Notes under the pieces: generated by a model
Databases searched by the model: none
The model's input: the letters and a program-made list of their open reading frames with translations, nothing else
Told to the model about the DNA's origin: nothing
Shown: one piece after another, positions 56,980 through 64,000 of the stretch
How the letters are laid out: the number at the start of each line of letters is the position of its first letter
How positions within the stretch are numbered: position 1 is the stretch's first letter
Position numbers and translations under genes: made by a program
Origin: Heteronotia binoei
Taxonomy: Eukaryota
Assembly: GCF_032191835.1 (NCBI RefSeq)
Contig: NC_083239.1
Location: 24,242,001-24,306,000 of the forward strand
Direction: 5' to 3'
DNA: 64,000 bases

Positions 56980-57173
56980 ACGGAGGAGTGCTGCCCCCAG
57001 ACGCTGCCGTGCGCCTCCTTCCTTAAGAGTCTAGTCTCTTTCTCCACCACGGATCGATTGATTGGCAGGCTCCCGCGTTTTACTCCCCGCCCACTTCTCA
57101 GGGGGGGCGTGGTTGGCTGCCGGAAGCAGTTTTGGCGGTGCCTCGGAAGCGGTTGGCTGGGGAGGCTACAGGC
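56980..57173 (+). promoter_or_regulatory. UTP11: UTP11 CpG-island promoter
   Basis: CpG-rich; ATTGG (inverted CCAAT) near 57061, CCGGAAGC at 57120, CGGAAGC near 57144. Confidence 0.7.
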
Positions 57174-60100
57174 ATGGCGACGGCTTTTAAGAAAGCGGCT
57201 AAAACGGGCCAGCGCCAGCACCGAGAGCGAAGCCAGGTGAGACGTCGCCGCGAGGCCCTTCCCGCTTGCATAAAGCACGGCGGTCCCGAACGTGTGAACA
57301 GCGCGGTGTGGAATAACGCGTGTTCAAATAGGCCTGTTTGGGTGAAGCCGGAGGTGGGGCTGTGGGAGAGGGGTCCATTCTCGGAGTTCCCTCCTGGCCT
57401 CGGGAAGGGGAGGGCCTTTCTCCATTTCCGCTTCAGCGGTGGAGCCTCGGGTGCGTAGAGCCTTCCTGGAGCGCTTTTAGGTATTCTGGAAAGTTGCTTG
57501 TTGCTCTGCGGCGAAAAAACGGCAACCTGTTCATTTATCCCTGGAAACAAATGTAGAGTGGCTCCCCTCAGGCTCAGGAAGATCTCCCGGGGGGCTAAGC
57601 TGCCCTCCTGATAGACAGTGTAAAGGCTGGGTCATCCGAACAGGAAAATGTATGGGGCTGCAAGGGAGGGGTGGACGTGCCCCGCTGTCTCGTATGTAAA
57701 ATTATCTGTCCAAATAGAAAACTACTACTGGGAGCGGGTGGGTTGGTTTGCTTGAAGGAAGTCATTACAAAGTGCGATACACACAAACATATCCTGGTTC
57801 AAAGTGGTGTGCTTCATTCTGACATAGGGTATCTGCCCTATACCTGAACTAGTTTTGTGTCAATCAGTGCATCATAAAGTTGATGAGATCCCAGACTGGT
57901 AGAGGAAGGTGTCTGTAGGCATCCTTAAGCCTTCTCTCTGTTGGCAAATAAATAGTGAAGATCTCTTAATTATATCTGTATTTGGACAGAGGTTTCAATT
58001 GGCATTCTCTGCAAAAAGCTCTACAGTGTTTCCCAATAGGAGAGCAATGGATGCTTTTGAAATTTTATTTTGTACACTCAGCTATTGTATAAGAGCAGCA
58101 CTGAAGTCTAGTACCTCCTTAAAGACCAACAAGATTTCCAAAGTATAAACTTTCAAGAGTCAAAGCTCTCTTCGCCAAGTTCTTGATGCAGGAAGCTTTG
58201 AATTTCAAAAATTTATTACCCTGGATGTCTTGTTGGACTTTAAGGTGCTATTGAGTGCCAGTCTTGCTCTGCTACTGAAGATCAGCACTGCTGTTTGCAT
58301 GAAACTATCTGCTCTGGTATATTCATGATCAGAGATTTGACAAGTTGGATTTGTATGCACCTAAACTTTACTAGTTTCAGAAAAGATCTTGGTCATTTTG
58401 GTGTCCTGGATAAACTGTCTCCTGTTATTGACTTCTAATTTATGTGTCTTTCTCCTGTCTCTTATCTCCCTCCCCCTTGCCCGCAGCTTGCATCCCGAAA
58501 GCACCTGGGGATCCTTGAGAAGAAGAAAGATTACAAGCTCCGTGCTGAGTAAGTTGCTGCTGTTTGTCATGGTCCATCAGTGTGCATGTTTTGCAGCTTG
58601 GATCCATTACTTCCATGTAGCTGTGCTTTGTTGGAAACCCAATAAAGTCAAACTTATTGAGAATTGTCATCCTGTATGTATTGTGTCAGACAATCCCCAT
58701 CCAGCACCATGTTTTGGCTCCTTCTGTGGCCAGATTTGAAGTATCTGGAAAGGTGACAGTGTAGATATTCGTTAATCTGTTGTAGATCCTAAGAGGGAAG
58801 CTGGTACCCTTGGACTGGGCTAGCCTTTCCTGCCCACTTCTAATTCGTAGGAATGCTGAGGAGTGCAAGGAGATGGATTCTCACAGTGCTTTAAATATTT
58901 TGTTGTGCTTGTCTGGAATTGTTTAAATGTTAGTTGCTGCTTTGGAGGAGCATGACACTATCTGTAAAATGACTTGATTTGTCATATGCTGTACAAGTAT
59001 TATCATTAAGTGAAAGCAAAACTATGCCTTGGGGAGGGGCTGTAGCTCAGTTGTAGAGCATCTGCTCAGCATGCAGAAGGTCCCAGGTTCAGTACCAGGC
59101 ATCTCCAGTTAAAGAACCAGGCAGTAGGTGATATGAAAGACGTCTGCTTAAGATGTGGAGAGCTGCTGCTAGACTGCAGTAGACAGTACTGAATTTGATA
59201 GACCAAGGATCTGATTAAGGATAAGGCAGTTTCATATGTTCTTCATGTGTTCAGTTTCACTCCCCCTCTTTGGAGAGGAAGGCTGTATTAATGCTGTGGT
59301 TTTGCCCTGCAGTGACTACCACAAGAAGCAGAATGTCCTTCAGGCACTTCGCCGAAAGGCACAGGAGAGGAACCCAGATGAGTTTTATTTCAAAATGACC
59401 CGTGTACAGCTTGAGGTAACAATCTGCTGGCCAGGGTGGGGGGCACAGCATTGTGTTGATGGGGCTTTGTTTCTTGCTGTCTGTTTCACACATAAATGCA
59501 TAATTAGGTAGGCATATTGAACAGGCTGGAGTTTTGGTGAGTATTCTATCTGCATGTATTGGAGATGGATGCTTGTGGACAAGCTACTGCTGAAGTCATC
59601 CTTGGGTATTTGGTGACCTTGGCACCCATCTAGTTCAGCATCTTGTTTTCCACAGTGGCTAAACAAATGTTTTGGAGAAACCAACAAACATTGCACTAAA
59701 AGTTGCAGCTGCTCCCACTGTGAACCCCAAGCAAGTGGCATTCCAAAGTGTACAACCTTTGCTTTTGACTACCTTCTCCTTCTCCATTACTCCCTGTAAT
59801 CCCCCCCTAAGATTCTAAAACTCTAGTAACCGTCAGGATGCATTTTACTTGATTAGCATGTAAACAAAGTGAAGAGAAAAAAATACCTGCTGACATATGA
59901 CATGGAAGATACTGTTAACAGGGTAAAATCTGGGTTTACAAAATACAAAAGAAAGCACAGGTTGGGTTTCCAAAATACAAAAGAACCCACAGGATGGGAA
60001 GTATTGTTCTAACTGTTACAAGATTCCAGATTATGGAGTGATTTCACTGGATGAGGTTCAGCAGATGCAACAAAGTTAGTGGAGACTTTCCTGCTGTTAC

Positions 60101-62972
60101 CACGTGTTCAGAGGCCTTCAGCATCACCTCCCAGCTCACTTTGCTTAACAATATTCAGCCATGAACTGGAGACTTATTTATAGTTTCTCTTTTTTTGCTG
60201 AGTCTCAAGGTGGATTACAGCAGGATTGGGCTAGCTGGGGCCATTCAGGTCCAGGACCTTTGTTCATTATGCTTTTACTAGCCATTTTGCAAACTGCCCC
60301 TAGCTTTAGGAAAGGTAGGGAAAACTTTTTAAACCAAATAAAAATACATTTACAAGTAAGCCCTGGCACAGTTTCTCTCACTACTCTCAGAGCATGTTTT
60401 CCCTTCTTGACAGGATGGAGTTCATGTGATTAAGCAGCAGGAAGAAGAACAGACACTGGAACAGCAGAAGTTGATGAAGACACAGGATTTGAAATATATT
60501 GAAATGAAGCGAGTAGCTGAAGCTAAGGTCAGAGCACATTCTTTTGGCTCATTGCTGTTTCATAGTCATTGTCTGGTCTGCTGAATAGCTCGTGACATGC
60601 TGTCCCATGGCTCGTTATTAGATGGCCTTTTTAAGCAGCATGGTGCTTCTTGGTATAAAGAATGAGGGCTTTTTTTGACTCTTTTGTAACAAAATGGGCT
60701 ACAGGTTTATAATTTTTCTGGCTTGCCGGCTTGGCTGCTAAAGGGGAGTGCTTCAGAGGCTCTTTGCAAATGAAAAAGAGAAGTATCTCCATGTTATGCA
60801 GCATGTTTTGAGAGTGCATGACTGTAAAGCAACCTCTGTAAGCATTTTTGGTAGCTTCTCATAAATGGACTGTGGGCAACTTTATTGCTGTATATTTTAA
60901 AACATAAGAGAAGCCATGTTGGATCTGGCCAATGTCCTATCCACTGGCCTGATCCCACACTCTGTGTCACACAGTGGCCAAAACCCAGGTGCCATCAGGA
61001 GGGCCAGAACTTCAGAAGCTTACCTGCCATTGCCCCCCAAGTACCAAGAAATATAGAGCATCACTGTTCCAGACAGTGTTCCATCTGTACATTGTGGCTA
61101 GTAGCCACTGATGGACCTCTGCTCCATATGTTAATCCAGTCCCCTTTTGAAGCTGTCTGTGCTTATAGCTACCACCGCTTCCTGCTGCAGTTAATTCCAT
61201 GTTTAATTACTCTTTGGGTGAAGATCATGCCTGTTTTTCTTTTGCTGATGTCTTCCTCTGTTAGTTCTACATGCTTTGGTATGTAGAAGGTCCCAGATTC
61301 TCTGCTTTCGTTAGCAGGGTGGCTCAGGCAGACAGTGGGCATGGCACTTATCTATCCAAGATGCTTCTACAGGATGGCTTCTTTGGGGAGATCAGATTTC
61401 CTTAAACAAATGGAAGCTGCACAGCGGAATTGCTTAGTGAATTGTGCCACATGGGTTTCTGTTTCCTTCTCCAAGATGTGGAGAGAACTGTAGCTTCCAA
61501 AAGGCACCCAGGCTTTGTCTCTTAGAATCTGGATACCCAGCTCAATCTTTTGTGTCCAAAGGAAGACCTTTTATAATTCATAATTGTGTGCCATCAAATC
61601 ATGAACAACTAATCGCAGCCCAACACTGTGAAGTTTTCCAGGCAATAAATGAGGACACCTCTGTGTTGCAGCCAGTGTATTTCTCAGCAGTCTCCTATCC
61701 AACTACTAACCAGGGCTGACCCTGTATTAGACAAGATTGGACTAGACTGGTATATTAGGCTGATTGCTTTTAGAATTATTTAGATTTAAAAGCAGGGAGT
61801 TATCAAATAAAGCACTACATGACAATATTGGAAAGGAGATCAAAATGTATTCTTGGCTCATTGTTCAGACAAAATTTTGAACAAGACAATGCTGAGAAGG
61901 AAGCGTTCATTTCCCCTCTATTTCCTCTGGATCACTGGGATGTGCCACAGTCAGGGACAGATAAGATGTTGAGGTGTATCCAGTTCATTTGCTCTGAGAC
62001 TTATAGACTGGGGTGGGAGGATAGCAGAAATCTTCCTCCAGGTTGGAGGGGTTGTGGCCATGTGGGTTTGTTGTCTGTGTGACTGCACTTGCTCATTACA
62101 GAGCCTTCTTAAGTTTTACCCAACAGGTAATTATTTGCAGTGCTCTTGTTCTGCACTTGCGGCACTTCACAACCTAGATCGCTGTTTTAAATTATTGTAT
62201 AATCTTATATTGTTTTAGATTGTTATTTTATATTACTGTATAACCTAATTGTTTTAAACCCTATATTGTATAACTTATTGAAATGTTGTTAGCCGCCCTG
62301 AGCCTGCCTAGGCGGGGAGGGCGGGATATAAATAAAATTTATTATTATTATTATTATTATTATGGATTGTAGAAATGTGCTGAGGACTGTGGGTGGCCAA
62401 GCCTCGGGCTAGGAGGCTCTCCTAGAACATCTCTGGGTCACTTCCAGGTCATGCAGTTCTGTTGTTGTGTTGCTGGTTCACGGCAAAAGCTGAAGGTTTG
62501 ACTCCTTTCCGTCTCATAGAAAATAGAAAGGCTGAAAGCAGAGCTCCATCTTCTGGAGGCTGAGGGAAAGCAACCCAACAAGCACACGTTCTTTTTTGAC
62601 TCGAAGAAAGAAGGTAAAGTTTTCATTGGTCAAAGAGAAGAGTGTCTGACTTTTTCTGTCTTTCAAAAAAGTCTTTTTCTGACTCTGCACTGAAAAACGA
62701 TAGAGATAGGGGCCACGTGTTGGTAAGAGATGATGAAAGTGCCCCAGCATGTTAATCTCTGTTACTAAACATTAGTTTTGTGTTTGCAGTGAACTACATT
62801 CTTATGCCACTGTGAAAACAAAGGTTTTTTTCCCCCCCCAGTGCAAAGTTTTGACCCTGCCACCCACTTGAACACAGTCCCAGAGCTGCTGGGAAGAGTG
62901 TACAACCGACCAACCCTTGAAACTCTGCAGAAGAAAAGCATCCTGGGAACCACTCATCCTGATGAATTACAG
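57174..62972 (+). CDS. UTP11: U3 snoRNA-associated protein 11 (SSU processome), coding exons 1-6, 3' end beyond window
   Basis: Join: 57174-57236, 58487-58548, 59313-59415, 60414-60527, 62520-62613, 62842-62972. Translation [48 protein letters not shown]...NPDEFYFKMTR...TQDLKYIEMKRVAEAKKIERLKAELH...YNRPTLETLQK matches UTP11. No later exon recognised in 63.0-64.0 kb. Confidence 0.96.
59031..59240 (+). mobile_element. Squam3-like tRNA-derived SINE (other copies ~36618-36870 -, ~39445-39655 -, ~44150-44540 - split by a MITE, ~45125-45315 +, ~47425-47615 -, ~54985-55180 -)
   Basis: A-box GTAGCTCAGTTG and B-box GGTTCA head followed by the shared body ...ATAAGGCAGTTTCATATGTTC; family name is from memory. 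Confidence 0.75.
62085..62363 (+). mobile_element. L2 3' end with (ATT)n tail (related minus-strand fragment ~48225-48720)
   Basis: GTTAGCCGCCCTGAGCCTGCC...GGGAGGGCGGGATATAAATAAA is the reverse complement of 14183-14238. Confidence 0.75.
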
Positions 62973-64000
62973 GCACGTATTACTGCTCTTTTTCAAATCA
63001 TGCTTTATAACTGTCTGTTTGCTAGACGGATTCTGTGATAGCTGTCACTATGCAAAACTCCTTGCAAATGATGAAGTGCCACCAAATCTTTTCGAGGCAG
63101 GAGACAAGCAGAGGTGCCTTGCTAGTTTCCTCTGCATAGCAGCCTTAGACTTCCTTGGTGGTCTGCCATCCAGCTACTGACCATGGCCCACTCTGCTTAG
63201 CTCCCAAGCTCAGGCAAGCTCTAGCTAGGCTGGACTATTTAGGCTGCTACAAATTCTGTCTTGCAATGTGATGCTTTAGCGGAGCACTTTCTTTCCTCTG
63301 AGATAAGGTTAGCAAGTTAACACACACAGGTTAGTGATCAGAGAAATCCTCTCAAGGAATCCTCATTCCAGGTATCTGCTGTACTATAATGATGGATTAT
63401 AATATAATATTTGGGCTGATAACAAGGCCTGAAGCTATTATAAGTTGGGAGATGGGACAAAGAAGCCACAGCCCTTATTCAGAATTAGGCCCTTCCATTG
63501 CCTGATATTTTCACCTCTTCACATTATATGCAAACGTTCTAATGGGTGAGGCTGAATGTCAAAGCAATGTGGGCAGGCTGAGGAGTTGACTTTGCGGTGT
63601 CTCTAAGTCAGACATACACATGTGCCGTCAAGTTGCAACCAATTTATGGCAGCCCCCAGCAAGGGGCTTTCAAGGCCAGTGAGAAGCAGAGGTGGTTTAC
63701 CATTGCCTTCCTCTGCAGAGCCTTCCTTGGTGGTCTCTTATCCAAGTACAAACCCCTCTTATAGCTTCCAAAATTGAACAAGATCAGGCTGTGGCATTTT
63801 GCTTTCTCATGGAGGGCAAGCAATTTGGGTCAAAGAGCAGGAATCACCTTAAACTAATCCAGGCAGTATGGGTTGAGCAATTTTAAACTAAGAAATGGCC
63901 AGAAACACAGAGACTGCTGTAGATCTTCTGATTAAGCCCCCCCTCCCTTCCCCTCCCCCCTGCTGGCTTCTTGTTGAAGCAGCTGGGCTAGTTCAGACTG

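Noticed and set aside
59031-59105. tRNA-like sequence with A and B boxes
   Set aside because: It cannot close a cloverleaf, continues into a SINE body, and is repeated in several diverged copies.
62973-63038. Continuation of the UTP11 frame (ARITALFQIMLY...) in track ORF 62841..63038
   Set aside because: It has no similarity to the expected RIAKERQKQY segment and is interpreted as intron read-through.

Overview
This is vertebrate genomic DNA, most likely from a squamate reptile and probably a gecko. That assignment is an inference from the SINE, CR1, L2 and MITE content. Four spliced protein-coding genes can be rebuilt exon by exon from splice sites and reading frame. Three are known genes in their human order: SF3A3 (minus strand, 17 coding exons, 501 aa), FHL3 (minus strand, 5 coding exons, 280 aa) and UTP11 (plus strand, coding exons 1-6, continuing beyond the window). 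The fourth, at 3181-6815 on the minus strand, is a gene I do not recognise and that no single ORF in the track captures. Its 8 coding exons give a 284-aa protein with a signal peptide, two tandem 12-cysteine Ly6/uPAR (three-finger)-like domains joined by a Thr/Pro-rich linker, and a GPI-anchor-like C-terminus. This is the main finding. The rest of the window is dense in transposons: CR1, L2 and L1 LINE remnants, tRNA- and 5S-derived SINEs, and hAT, Harbinger-like and Tc1/mariner-like MITEs, often nested. There are also fold-back Penelope-like insertions with 14-bp target duplications, a GIY-YIG remnant and degenerate hammerhead-ribozyme cores. All alignments were done by eye, and most transposon boundaries are approximate.
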